DNA of 64,000 bases from Octopus vulgaris (Eukaryota): NCBI GenBank assembly GCA_951406725.2, contig OX597825.1, forward strand, positions 26,412,001 to 26,476,000. The letters are read 5' to 3'. Below, piece after piece: positions 1 through 13,759 of this stretch. A model generated the notes under the pieces. The model was not told the origin of the DNA. It made no database searches and was given only the letters and a program-made list of their open reading frames with translations. Position 1 is the stretch's first letter. Each line of letters opens with the position of its first letter. Both the position numbers and the translations under genes were made by a program.

Positions 1-31
<31 letters not shown>

Positions 32-68
32 CCATTATAATAATAATAATTATTATTATTATTATAAT

Positions 69-117
<49 letters not shown>

Positions 118-126
118 AGTAGTAGC

Positions 127-163
<37 letters not shown>

Positions 164-165
164 GA
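1..165. repeat. compound trinucleotide microsatellite (ATC/AAT/ATT/AGT)
   Basis: directly visible tandem triplets. Confidence 0.95.
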
Positions 166-907
166 AGAATGTGATGAGTAATGAAGTGTAATGCAATGAT
201 TGTCTCTTTTCTTTTTTTATTTACTATTTCTTTACAACACAGAAACTTTAAGATATTTATGCCAGGGAATAGATATTACGAACGTATTATATTGCTGCCA
301 TTTCTCAAAAGGCCTACAAGAAGTAAGTGAAGAACACCAACTGGGAAATATAACCTAATGTAATGCTTCTCTTGAATGAAGAATTATAGGGAAGTCTTGG
401 CGCCATACAACCGCAAGCTGAATAAACTACAAATGGGGAACATAAAGCTTATAGAACAATGCATTGATCTTTTATATTTTGTTATATATTTTGTTTAGTC
501 TTTGACCCTGAAAGAAGAAATAATCCTAGATCCTCTTCTGGCAAAAGAAAAAAAATTCTAACTCAAAGAACTGTACATTAACTTGAAAATTATATATTAG
601 AGCAACGAACCAAGAATAAAAAGCAAAATATATATAACTTCTATTAGTTCAACTTAAAAGTTCTAATTTTTATTTCAAGAACTGCTGAATCGACGTTGAA
701 CTTTATATTCATATAAGATAGTATAAAGTATATACTTCCATGGCCGCTAAAAAGAATAGGGTCTTTTTTTTTTTTGCTAAGTGGATTATAGGATGGATCC
801 AGAAGAGAGTATAGTTATATTCGATTTACTTTAAATTTTATTTTCTCCTTCTCTGTCATATAAACCATCTAGCAATCCATCGACAATGTTATATTTTCGA
901 AGTAGTG

Positions 908-943
908 AATAATAAGGATGATGATGATGATGATGATGATGAT

Positions 944-1020
<77 letters not shown>

Positions 1021-1049
1021 TGATAATAATAATGATAATGATAATAATA

Positions 1050-1087
<38 letters not shown>

Positions 1088-1095
1088 AATGATGA
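908..1095. repeat. (GAT)n/(AAT)n microsatellite
   Basis: directly visible; source of the poly-I/N/D/M ORFs. Confidence 0.95.
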
Positions 1096-1319
1096 CGCTA
1101 CGCGGTGTATGGAAATACTGGCAACCCATTTGAATGAGTGTGTCCATAAAGAAAAAGTGGGTGGTGACTGTGGTGGACAATACTTGTAATGAAAGATAGA
1201 AGGAGGGGGAATATTGGGGGGAAGCTAACGTCCCATGGCATGCCTAAACATAATCTGGTAGATACAGATAATTTGAGCGACAAAGACCTACACTTAAATG
1301 GCACGGGAAGAAATACTAC

Positions 1320-2600
1320 CAAGGGAACAAAAAGGATGCATGGAGAGTTCTCATGGAACTAAGGGTCACCTGGTCATCGATAAAACAGTTGTGAGGCATA
1401 CAAACATGTCTATGACTTGGGTTGACTTTAAGGAGGCATGTGATATGGTGTCTCATTCTTAGGTCGTTGAATGCCTGTAGATGTTTGGTGTTGCTGACAT
1501 CACCAATTTTCTGACGCATTGCATGAAAGCATGGAAAAACAAAATGGACTCATATTATGTATTCCTTAGAGAACTTAATATTAAAAGGGGAGTCTTCCGA
1601 GGTGACTCGTTTTCTCCGTCACTTTTTGTAATTGCAATAACACTCATAACAATAACACTTAGGAAAGTTAAGATTGGTTACCGATGTGGGAAAAGAGGCC
1701 CATCATTTAACCATCTTCTGTTTATAGATGAACTGAAATTATTTGAGAAATCCGAAAAACAGATAGATTACCCAACCAAAACATTCCGGAAGTGTGGTGC
1801 GGACATCGATATGGAATTTGGGATTACTAACTGCTCAGTACTTAATATGAAAAGAAGGAAGAAAGCAGCCTGTAGAGGATTGCGTTTATCATCAAGAGAG
1901 AGACCATGGCTGAACCCGATGGTTGTGGGTCTAGATATTTAGGGATTTGGGGGTTGGATGACATTTTACACAAAGAAATGAAAGTCAGGGTCAGTTAAGC
2001 GTATCAAAAAATGCCAAAAATTTGATTAGTGCAAGGAATATCTAGGCAGTTGCAGTGGTCAGATATAATGCGTCCGTCTTTAAATAGAATTAGGAGGAAA
2101 TATCAACACTGGATTGAAGGACGAGAAAGTTGATGACGCTGCATGGTGAGCTACACCCTAAAGCAAATGTAAACTGACTGTATATGAAAAGAAAGAATGG
2201 TGGCAGAGGACTAATTACTATAGACCATGGTATAAGTAGTGAAAGGAGAGCGCTAGCCGAGTTTTGATGAATAGTGAAGACCTGCTGCAATATGCCGCGA
2301 AAGATACGGGCGTAAATGCAGATGAAATGTTGGGCAAGGAAGAGCTTAACCAAAGAACAGAGAAAAGAGAAAAGGGGTGTAAAAATCGCCAAGTACTCCG
2401 AATCGAAAGTGGAAATGGAATGCGAGACTGTAAAGTGATAGCAGTTGGGCTCAATCACATTTAAAATCCAAAACTTCTTAAGGCAAGTGGAAATCCCATG
2501 CAAGATTGATGGCTTGCAAAAAGCAGCCTTATTGAGCAGACCACATATTCTAAGGAAAGTATTATCTGTTTGAGTTCCTTTTTGTGACTTGACAGATGAC
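1320..2600 (+). mobile_element. degraded R4/Dong-type non-LTR retrotransposon (RT to RLE C-terminus, internally deleted)
   Basis: IKRGVFRGDSFSPSLFVIA and HLLFIDELKLF (RT motifs, QGDSLSP/YMDDLKL-like); LHPKANVN.LYMKRKNGGRGLI near 2150; LQKAALLSRPHILRKVL near 2515-2570; followed by (AAT)n at 2646-2797; many stops and frameshifts. Confidence 0.85.
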
Positions 2601-2645
2601 TAAAGACTCCGTTGCATTGTTGCCTACACTATATTACGAAGGAGA

Positions 2646-2676
2646 AATAATAATACTAATATTAATAATAATAATG

Positions 2677-2767
<91 letters not shown>

Positions 2768-2797
2768 TAATAATAATAATAATAATAATAATAGTAA
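2646..2797. repeat. (AAT)n microsatellite
   Basis: directly visible. Confidence 0.95.
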
Positions 2798-2993
2798 TAC
2801 ATTTTGAACTCGCATTTCTCTGTTTTTGTGTCGCATTTCGAACAATCGATTGACTCTCGCACTCTCTCTCTCCCACACTTACACACTCACTTACAAACAG
2901 ACATACACATTGACACGCACACATACATGCACATAAATCTGCATGTCTGTATGTGTGTGTGTATAAATATATGCGTGCATATATATATATATA

Positions 2994-3044
<51 letters not shown>

Positions 3045-3124
3045 TTTAGGGTTTCAACGAGATACCGCCATACTGAAAATAGCAGCCAAATCTGACTCTA
3101 AAACCAAATTAAATGTTACTGCCG

Positions 3125-3209
<85 letters not shown>

Positions 3210-3239
3210 TGTCTGTGTGTCTGTGTGTGGGTGTGTGTT

Positions 3240-3397
3240 TACGACAGGGTTCTTCCAGTTTTTGTCTACCGTATCTAATCGCAAGTCGGTCCGATGCAAT
3301 AGTAGAAGAGACTCGCCTAATTGCCACGCCTTGGAACTGAACTCGGAAGTATGTGATTGGGAACGAAACTTCATTTCACACACCGATGCCTGCGCCT
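3240..3397 (-). mobile_element. tRNA-derived CORE-type SINE, degraded 5' part
   Basis: reverse complement aligns by eye with the head/core of the SINEs at 13760 and 34819. Confidence 0.6.
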
Positions 3398-3449
<52 letters not shown>

Positions 3450-3530
3450 AAATATATGTATGTATTTATACATACATATATATATATATATATACATACA
3501 TATATACACCTATATATAAACATATATATG

Positions 3531-3565
<35 letters not shown>

Positions 3566-3593
3566 GTGTATGTATAAATACATACATATATTT

Positions 3594-3634
<41 letters not shown>

Positions 3635-4467
3635 TATATATGTGCGTGTATGTATATACACAGAGACGCATGCACAGAAGCACAAACAAGCACACACAAA
3701 CACACACACACACACACACGTATATTTAAAGAATCCTCTTCATAATCCACCTTATTGCCTCCCATAACACCAACATATCTCTAGCTGGACGGCTGAACGT
3801 GTGCTACGCCTAGCGAAAGGCTGGCCCGTAACAATTCATACGCGAATTCTGAATAGGCAGCGGAAGAGCTCATCTGAGTCAACCGTACTTCTTTGAATTG
3901 ATGTTGAACGGATGAATATTAGATCAACGGCCAGGACTACCAAGCTATATCAAGAAAATTAGTGCAACGCATCCACAGGAGCGGCGTCCATGATTGTGTC
4001 ATCAACTAATGATTTATCATGATGCAAACCACCCCGCTCAATTAATAATAGAGTTGGATGTCGTCATAAAGTCATGAGATTTCTCGAAATCCGCGCCATG
4101 GGGGATGATATATAATTATTGTGTTCTTTAATTTATGCGTATATAGCAATATAATTATATTTCGTGCTTGAACTCAAATTTATACCTGTTCAATCATGTT
4201 CGTGAAAGTAATCAAGTAGCAGTTTAAACACACTCGTCAAGAGGAAGGGTAGAAACGACTGACAATCTTTAGTGAGAGTTTCTAAGTACTTATTTGGATA
4301 TTATCACTAAGCATTGCGAGGTTTGCCTTCTTCGTACAGATAAATAAACTTGGCACTATATTACGATTAATATTCCAACTCTATGCTCATTTCTTATTTC
4401 TATAATCAAAGACATATGTATACAGGCATTTAAAATGGGACTCAGCCGATAACGCCGAAGAGGCCTG

Positions 4468-4509
<42 letters not shown>

Positions 4510-4510
<1 letters not shown>

Positions 4511-5200
4511 AAAAAGGAGTGAAAAAACTATAGAAGGATTGTGTTATATGGTTAAAGAATATATTTAAGTCGTTATGATGGAATAATGTTATAAAATTTT
4601 GTTTATTGTAACATAGTTTTTGGTATGCAAACTTTGGAGAAATAATCGGTTTTGTATTTTCTTTTAAAATTTCTTAAATTTCTTTACCTGCATCGTGTCA
4701 TGTCTTGTCATGTCTTCGTTATGTTGTGAAATATGGAGTTCCAAGCAGGGGAAGACAATCAGGGATTTTTCCGGTATAAGGGAGATAATTAAACATGATT
4801 TAGTTTAGAAGGAATAGAATGTGGTTAGGTTTTGCCTTATTTTTTAAAAAAATGAGATGAGTTTCCTTATTTAAAAATGTTAGAAATGGTGAAATTTTAG
4901 CTCATATTTTTCAATGAAGAAGGGTTTCTTGTTTAATCTAACTTGTGTTGGTGTTCCAATAGCACATTAATAAAATGGAAAGATTATAAATTGTGGTATT
5001 GTGGTAGTTGCTTTGCGCATTTCTCAATATGTTCACTAAAGGATATCATTCTGTATACTGGGAATGCAATCTTATGAATCCGTTAACTCAGAAAATAATT
5101 TTGCCTTTGTGAGGATCTTTTTTAGTGATTTCAGTTGTTCGTAGCTTTTAATGATTTTATATATGTTTAAAATTTCCTTTAATTTAGGAGCCTTATGTAG
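4510..5200 (-). mobile_element. Penelope-like element 3' fragment (linker and GIY-YIG C-terminal region)
   Basis: minus strand reads APKLKEILNIYKIIKSYEQLKSLKKILTKAKLF and later HIEKCAK..FFIEKYELKF, resembling the PLE linker (RQPKNLKxILTxAK) and endonuclease end; abuts (TA)n at 4470-4506. Confidence 0.55.
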
Positions 5201-6290
5201 CATTGGTAAAATTTAGGTGATGATGGTGAAGGCTTCTTTGTTTCTGGGGTTGTATGTGGATATGTTCGGCCGTATTTTCGGGGAAGGTGTGTTGCTGTGC
5301 TGAACTTTTCTGAACTTTTGCATACCAAAAGAAAAATGACGAAAACGAAAAAAAAAAAAAGAAAATTACATAATTGTAACGAAGAAATACTTTAGATGAA
5401 AGGCAAGAAACACAAGACATAATCACGGTGCGGTAAACCAATAACCAAAGGAAGAGACTCAAAATGACTGTCCACTAGGAAACGCAAAGCACACCCATGC
5501 CAACGCACAGAAACACACTCACGCAGACACACACAGAAACACACACACACACACACATACGGGACACACACATACTCATGTATGTACAGCTTAGATGAAT
5601 GATCGAATGACATAGAATAAATGTATTTATGTTTTGAATAACTAGAAACGATGCGGGTTATAAGATATATGTCAATGTCTTGTAATATTATCTTATATTA
5701 TGATATTTCGAATATTAAAAAAATAATACATCCAAGCAACGAATATTCTACAAAATCCGAGTTGCAAAATTTTCGCCTGGGGAACATTGTAGTATGAAAC
5801 TAGATTTGCGATATAAACAGTGACGTTCAATTATAATTATGTATGAGTGAGGCTATGGCTACGTGTATGCTTATCTACTTACTACATGAGATATAATGAA
5901 GACAATATTTATGTTTGTATAATAAAATGTTTTGACAATATATATTAAAGAAAATAAGATTTATAATAATACATTGAAGCCAATTAGAGAATTTGAATTT
6001 AATATTTTCTGGTTAAGTTATAAATATCGTGTACGTTCTAATGAATTGATCGTGTAATAATATCTCGGTTATTCCAAGTGTATATAGGTGTGCTATTGTA
6101 TGAAAGGGTAAAATACTAATACGGGAACGATGAAAAAGAAGAAAAAAGGACCCTTTACTCTATTCGCTTCGATGCTTCAACGCATTGTGTTGCAGTTGGG
6201 CTTTTTTTTAGGGGGAACAATATTGTCTAGATTCTTATTTGTTTTTTGTTTTTTAATATTGTCTAGATTCTTATTTGTTTCTTCCTCCTC

Positions 6291-6775
6291 ATCATCATCA
6301 TCACTACCACCACCACCACCACCACCACCACCACCACCACCACCACCACCACCACCACAACCACCACCACCACAACCACCACCACCACAACCACCACCAC
6401 CACCACCACCACCACCACCACCACCACAACCACCACCACAACCACCACCACAACCACCACCACCACCACCACCACCACCACCACAACCACCAAAACAACC
6501 ACCACCACCACAACCACCACCACCACCACCACCACAACCACCACCACTACAGCCACCACCACAACCACCACCACAACACCACAACCACCACCACAACCAC
6601 CACCACCACCACAACCAACACAACCATCATCGTTATCATCATCATCATCATCATCATCCTTATTATCATTGTCCCCTTCACCATCGTCATCATCATAATC
6701 AACATCATCATTTTCGCCGCCGTCGTCGTTGTCGTCCTCGTTGTCGTCATCATTATCATCGTCATGATCATCATT
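6291..6775. repeat. (CCA)n/(CAA)/(CAT)n compound microsatellite
   Basis: directly visible; produces the poly-P/H/G/V/W ORFs. Confidence 0.95.
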
Positions 6776-6959
6776 CGTTGCAGTCAGTTTTTTTGTTTTT
6801 TAATATTCAACGTTTATTTCAATGCTGTTGTTTTTACTAAAATTTATTGTACGCTGTAGATATCTAATTTTGTATCCAACATCAAATTCTTTTCTTTACT
6901 ACGTATATGTATGCCTGTTTCGTTATTTATCCTTTCAAACTGCGTAAACATACCATGGC

Positions 6960-7185
6960 TATTATTGTTTACTTCTCAGAGCGCTCGATCTTGTTTGCTC
7001 TGGTAGGTTCTGCGAGAATGGACAGGAGGTTGCAGTCAAAGGTCTCACAGGGACTCTTTCCACACATTATAAACTTTGGTACTTGATTGTTAATTATCCC
7101 GGCAGATATTCAACCTCCGAGTGTCAATCTTAAAATCTTAGCTGTCCCCAGCAAAGCAGTTGTCTTGGACAAAAGGACTTTGGGA
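6960..7185 (-). mobile_element. R4/Dong-type retrotransposon extreme 3' end and UTR
   Basis: minus strand KTTALLGTAKILRLTLGG* matches the conserved RLE C-terminus (QKxALLGTAxILR). Confidence 0.65.
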
Positions 7186-7289
7186 ATGCCCTTCATTAAT
7201 GATAATGCTTTAGTCGAGGCAGCTGAATCAGCTGACCGTATCAAAATCCAACGTAAGTGACCTTCTTCCATTTTGCTTCTCCGATAAAC

Positions 7290-8925
7290 ATGGTCGTTTT
7301 CAGATACGAATGTTCAGTAGTTCGATTTAAATGTGGCTGCTACAATTAGCGATAGAAGGCTTTCTCATGCGCAAGCACATGCGCCTATTTTCCATGACTA
7401 TGAGATATTCTTATCATAGATGATCAGTCGGGCGCAGGCGATAAAGTAGCAGTGTTATTCCGAAAATCCTTAGATCTCGAGGTAAAAGGTAGCTTCTTGG
7501 AACCGGGCGGCAGGTTGAGGTTCCTATATGTGAATGGTAGTGAATGTGGCACCTGAGACTGGTGGTCGCATATGTCCTAACAAGGGCTAGTAGGCCAGAA
7601 TTATTTAGGCGTATAGCAATATTCCTGGGAATGTTTAGTCCTAGTAGAGACTAGGAGTGTGATTTTAGATGTAGGAAAGGATTGTGTGGAGCTGATATAT
7701 AGTAGAGAGGTGTGCAAAAGCCCCGAGAAGCTACTCAGACACTTCCAATTGTCTGATAGGAATCGACTGGATTTTTCTGATGTGCCAATGAGGACATGGA
7801 GCAACCACAATGGGATATCCAGATATTATGTAGATAGAGTACTTGTTAGGTCAATGGATACGGATATAGTAGCTTGTTCACAACTTAAATTGGTCGACTA
7901 GAGAGACCACACAGTCGAGTTAGATAGAACCCCTAGACATGGACCCGGTTACAGGCACTGAAATGCGTTCTTTCCGGCACCCAAATACTGCAGGGACTGG
8001 AGTAGTGAACTAGAAGAATGGCAGTTGAGGGGTGATCGTCAACAACAGGTGGTGGGCCTCCCTGAAGAGGTGGATTAGAGGAGAGTCGATAGCGTTTAGC
8101 AAGTGTTGGCAATAGAAAGGAATAGATTAAAGGGTGAACTAGTTAGCAAATTAGAAGAGGCCATTAGAAAGGACATCGCGACTGACTTGTTAGCGTTGAG
8201 AATCACTCTTAACCATTTCTTCGAAGCGATGCAAGAAAGTTGAATTGCGAAAGCTAAGGCCTGTTTGCTCAAACATAAAGGAACTAAAGCTGTCCCTTAA
8301 GCCCAAACGGCGGAGAAGCGACGTGGAAACAAAACCACAATCAGGTCTTTGAAGGGCGCGTGCTACTCGGCTCTGAGCAGATGTGTACAGCTTTCCAACA
8401 GCATTTCGCGTTGCTGTTTGGGGAGGGTGATGTGTCGATGACGGTAGTTGTCTTTAGTTCGTATCTGGATGGCCTATCACGGCTCTCGGCAGCTGATGAA
8501 AGGTTATGTGAAAAGCCGTTAACAGCTGCTGAATTTCAGGAGACGTTAAGTGATTGCACACATCGCAGATCGTTTGGTTTTGAATAGCCTGCCTTGTGAA
8601 TACCATGTATTAATACCAGATTTGTTTGGTAGACATCTACCGAAACTGACAACAGAACGAGAGAATTCTTAGTGTTGTTAGCCGAGGTGTGGCGAAACCG
8701 CTGATGAAGGACGCTGACAATGGAAACATACTAGGAGATTTTGTACCCATAACTCTGCCAGACACAGAGTTTAAGATTTTGGCCAAGGCATTAGAGAAAA
8801 AGTTGGCACTTGGGCTCTTAATGAGCAGAGGCACTTTTAGGTTACGCCACCTGAAACGATTTCTGGACGGTGAGCGTGTGTGGGCTCCGTTTGTGAGGCT
8901 TGCTCTTTTTAGACATCAAGAACTC
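7290..8925 (+). mobile_element. degraded Tx1/L1-clade ORF2 (APE endonuclease, RT N-terminus, post-RT segment)
   Basis: TWSNHNGISRYYVDRVLV and GPGY (APE end); LCEKPLTAAEFQETL..SFG; GDFVPITLPDTEFKILAKAL (RPITLLNTDYKILAK-like); then RLRHLKRFLDGERVWAPFV after an internal deletion; many stops. Confidence 0.85.
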
Positions 8926-9112
8926 TCCTGAGTATCCTAGCTATCCCTAATAACACTGTTTCCTGCTACTAAAATGAATTTTATGCCTATTTCTTCTACC
9001 CATCTGTTCTGATCTTTAGGGATAGTTCCCAATGCAGCTCTAACTACATGCATACATTGTATCCGCAATTATTATAGTCTCTGTAATTCAATAACTAGGT
9101 CCTGGTACAATG
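8925..9112 (-). mobile_element. R4/Dong-type RLE C-terminal fragment
   Basis: minus strand YQDLVIELQRL..HVVRAALGTIPKDQNRWVEEIGIK..QETVLLGIARILR. Confidence 0.7.
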
Positions 9113-9440
9113 CTATTATTTATATAATTCTCATATCTATTTTTTCATCATTTGGGACTGTAAGGTCAAGAATGATGAAAAAGTAAATATGAGAAGTATC
9201 GAAAAACGAGCTAAATACCAGGCCCTCTCTATTGGATTATTATTATTGGAGAGTATTGTAGTTCGATTGGCGCATTGTGTATTGTTTGTAAAGAATAAAA
9301 AGATTTGAATGGTACAACAATGCACTATAATACAGACAATGGGCTATATACCTGTTGTAATTTATTTATCCATAGTCTGATATCAGACTATGATAACTAA
9401 ATTACAACTGATATATAGCTCATTGTTTGTATTATTGTTT

Positions 9441-9875
<435 letters not shown>

Positions 9876-10765
9876 CTTATATAAATGTTGCTCTCAATGT
9901 ATATGTACTGTATTGCACATTGTTTTTCGCCCAAATTAATGCCTATATTTGTATTTATTCATAGTTTTTACAAAACATAATTTTAATCGTTTTTGATTAT
10001 TTGTGATTTGTATACATTCTGATCATCTGTTGAAACTTTCGATTAATTTTCCCATTATCAACTATCTTTATAATAATTGTAGAACACGCTATATATTTAA
10101 AAGAGATTAGTATGTTTACGTCGTTTAACTCCTGTTTGAAACATTTCCTAACTGCTAAACTTGTATACATTTTATGTTAATTCAATATAATGAGCTATCC
10201 TACATTATGTAGCAATTTTAAATATATACATATTCATGATGATATAATTAGGCTATGTTAGAAATGAACGATTAATTTATCCTTTGTACATGTAGCAAAA
10301 AACGTGTTATTTTACGTATATCAAACAACGTCGTTAAAAAAAGATCGTTATATTCTTCAAGAATATATTATTCACACATTTAATTTATATATTCCACGCA
10401 TGTTTGTCTGTGTGCGTTTGAGTGCCTCTGTGTGTGTGTGTGTGTGTGTGTACATGTGTGTATAGCCGAAATCAGTGAAAACCGATGCCGGTTAGTTGAA
10501 TATGGCATGTTTTTACTCTACTAGAAACAAAAAAATAACTTTCTGTCGCAAACCCCATGGAATTATACAGTAAAACCTATCGAAGTAACATACGACTTTT
10601 TATTTTCCTCTCGAAGCAGCATGCGATTGTTCATTTTTCCTATATGTATGCATAAATCTTATGTACTTAACTCACCTTACGGACCCTCGCTTTATTTATA
10701 TAATATATACGAAAGAGAAACTTGACGCACTTTTAACAATTTCTCATTTTTCGTGTATATATATA

Positions 10766-10806
<41 letters not shown>

Positions 10807-10887
10807 GAATAAGGGTAGAAATTGATATTAATCAATTAAAACCAGTGGCCCAGCATATTAAAAATATCCGAAGATTAAAATATTTTT

Positions 10888-11060
10888 TATATACAAAATT
10901 TAAAGGACTAACCACTAAAAGTGGACGGTCAATATGCTAGATATAGACGTCAAAATCGCTATTTTCCTTGAAGAATGTGTTCTTCGTGGACAATAGCGAT
11001 TTTGACGTCTATATCTAGCATATTGACCGTCCACTTTTAGTGGTCAGTCCTTTAAATTTA

Positions 11061-11067
<7 letters not shown>
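10888..11067. repeat. near-perfect 180 bp palindrome in a (TA)n context, probably Penelope-like derived
   Basis: arms 10888-10975 and 10980-11067 are reverse complements with about 5 mismatches, 4 nt loop TGTG. Confidence 0.9.
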
Positions 11068-11097
<30 letters not shown>

Positions 11098-11639
11098 CAA
11101 CAATTGAGGGTAAAATTAATTAATTATTAATCAATTTCACCAAGTATTCAGTATGTAAAGGGACCATTTAAGGCAAATTCAAAATATTACATTATATAAA
11201 AGGGCTTAGTAAAATAAATTACTTTGCCACATACTGAACTCATTAGAAATAGCAGCTAAAAAATTTTTTTAGCTATTTCTAATACTTAAAGAAAATCTCT
11301 CTCAGATAGTGTTTGCTCAAACCAACTCACGAAGGTATGGGGGTAAAAACATTAAAAAAATCACAAGTGCAAAGGTTATTTGAGAACGTACGTTTCTAGA
11401 TTAGTCAAATCGACATTTCTTTCGTCAGCTCAGAACTCCTTGATTCTGATTTGGGAACACTGAAAGTGGGAGCATACCCTTTTGGCTTCTTATCACCTCC
11501 TTATATATATATTTAAGCTCTACACTCTGAATACAGGGGCGAAGTTGTAGACAGATGATGATCAAGAACAAGGATCACTTTACACCAATGAAATACAGAC
11601 AACTGGCTCAACGCTACAGCGCACTACCACTGGAATTCT

Positions 11640-11790
11640 GGAATAGGAGGATAGTCGATTATATCGACCCCAGTGCTTAACTAGTATTTATTCCATCATT
11701 CTCGAAAGAATGAAAGGCAAAGTCGGCCCCGCCGTCTTTCGAACTCAGAGCTGAATGCGTTGTGGTAAGAATTCTGACAGGCCACCGCCT
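11640..11790 (-). mobile_element. tRNA-derived SINE (Meta-like central domain), degraded
   Basis: gtcgattatatcgaccccagtg...atgaaaggcaaagtcg...cgaactcag, same family as 17069-17298. Confidence 0.7.
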
Positions 11791-12299
11791 AAATAATAAG
11801 CGTTAGTTTCATTATATAACCAGAATATTTCTGTTGTACAGTTATCTAATAATAATTCTGTTGGTCTTTACGTTACTTAGCTTGCCTCTAACGATTTCAC
11901 ATGATTAGAGTAAAAGAGGGAGAGAGAAAAGAGGAAGATAGAAAAAGCGGATAAAGCAAAGAGTGAGGTAGAAAGAGAGAGATGAAAAGAGGAAAAGAAA
12001 AAAAAGAGAGAAAGAAAAGCGTCCATGCGATGTGGTAGGGGGAACGTAATGTTTATTTCTTGGTTAAAAAAAGTAAGTCGATGGTTGTGATACACAGGAA
12101 TGTTAGGAATATAATTGGGTTGATGTTCTGATGATGTAATTAAAGAAAGGCAGAGAGAGAGAGAGAGAGGGAGAGAGAGAGAGAGAGTCGGAGAGAAAGA
12201 AAGTGTGAGAGAGAAAGAGAGAGATGATTGTGGTGGTGTTTGAGGAGGCGATGGTGAATGCATAGTGAAAAGTAATCTTTTTTTTATATCACTTATCAT

Positions 12300-13074
12300 T
12301 TAAAGCATGCGCATCCCAAACTTACCATTCCCTTTAGAAAGAAGCCAGTTTCCTCTTCGCCTGTCATATGCAATGACTATCAATAAATTGCAAAGGCAGA
12401 TATTTGATAATATCTTACCTGAACCTGTATTTGGCCATTGTCGGCATGCTGTATTCTCAAAGGTTCACATATTTTCTGATGTGAGAGTTAAAGTTATCAA
12501 CACTGACAAACAAGGGAAAAGAAGGAGAACTTACACGAAGAACGTAGACTGCAAAGCAATATTGGATTGAAGAGTGTTTTCGAACTGAAATGTGTATTGG
12601 CTCTGACCCATCGCCTTAGTTTATAAGTTAGCAGCGATGTGGTCTTCAGAGTATGCCTTGTTGCCTTAAAATTTTACCCCCGTGATATTGCAACCCTTAT
12701 ATGTTACATATAAAATATTTTTTTTAATATAAATTTTTTGTTTTTTAGATATGAAATTGTGGCCAAGTAAATTTTAAAATGTAATTATTTTTGTCTTTTT
12801 GGAAAACATGGAAAAATAAGAGTGAATATTTATTTTAGGAGTGCTGTGAAATAAATCTATAAAATTGTGCATAAAGTATATAAAGTATATATATAAAATG
12901 CATTAAGTAATCCTCGTATTCTAATTGCCTAATTTTTTTCAATAATTGGTAGATGACCAATTATCTTCTGATACAGACACGACACAGGCTACGATTTTAG
13001 GTTTTTTGATTTAAGTTTCCAAGACCCAATAGGTTTACTGATAATTCTGTGAAATATTCACGGGTCCTGTTAGT
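12300..13074 (+). mobile_element. Helitron 3' fragment (Pif1 helicase C-terminus and terminal hairpin)
   Basis: LPFPLERSQFPLRLSYAMTINKLQRQ..LPEPVFGH..FSKV..TKNVDCKAIL matches the RepHel C-terminus (QFPxRLAFAMTINKSQGQ, VFSHGQLYVA, TKNVVY); 3' hairpin gtgaaatattcac followed by a CTAG-like end (gttag) at about 13047-13073. Confidence 0.85.
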
Positions 13075-13478
13075 CATTATTAATATCCATAGCTGACAGC
13101 AGCGGTCCCATGTCCAATCTTTGTATATTTTCAATTGTACCCATTACTCACCATACATTTGAGTCAGGATCGAAATGCACACACTTTCTCTCTGCCTCTC
13201 TCTCTCTAAGTCCCTCTTATGCGCACGCAGGATTACTTACACATGTGTACCCGCTTATGTATTTGAGTATAAATACAAATAAATACATACACAAACACAT
13301 ATGTATATATAAAACTAGAGAGAGAGAGAGACGGGAGGGAGAGAGAGAGAGAGTGCCTTTATAAATAGTACAGGACTAAATAATCAACAGCGTATATCTT
13401 CGAACTTAGCTGGCTTGCGTTGTCTGTACACACGGCAGGAATACCTGGTACAATTTAGATGCCTACTTCAACGGACAC

Positions 13479-13509
<31 letters not shown>

Positions 13510-13759
13510 TACATATATGTGTGTGTGTCTGTGTGTGTATGTACATATATATATCCATCCACGTGTAATGTTTCATATATAATGTCATTAATCGACTCTA
13601 AATTCTAATGGAGGACACCGCTTAATACCCCTCCCAATGATAGCGATACTAGAAGGTACCACATCGCAGAGATCAATAAGAATACAAAATCACATGGTGT
13701 TACTTAATCATGCACTGTATATTTGGTGATAATCATGTGAATCTCGGCAATAATTATTT

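Noticed and set aside
869-1189. poly-I/N/D/M ORFs, and all similar YI/HT/VC/LSIY ORFs across the window
   Set aside because: Translations of (AAT)n, (TA)n, (CA)n and (TATC)n repeats.
6218-6280. ~26 bp direct repeat (aatattgtctagattcttatttgttt) as CRISPR-like
   Set aside because: Only two units in eukaryotic DNA; simple local duplication.
6130-6859. 236 aa proline/histidine-rich ORF and overlapping ORFs
   Set aside because: Pure (CCA)n/(CAT)n microsatellite open in several frames on both strands; no coding signal.
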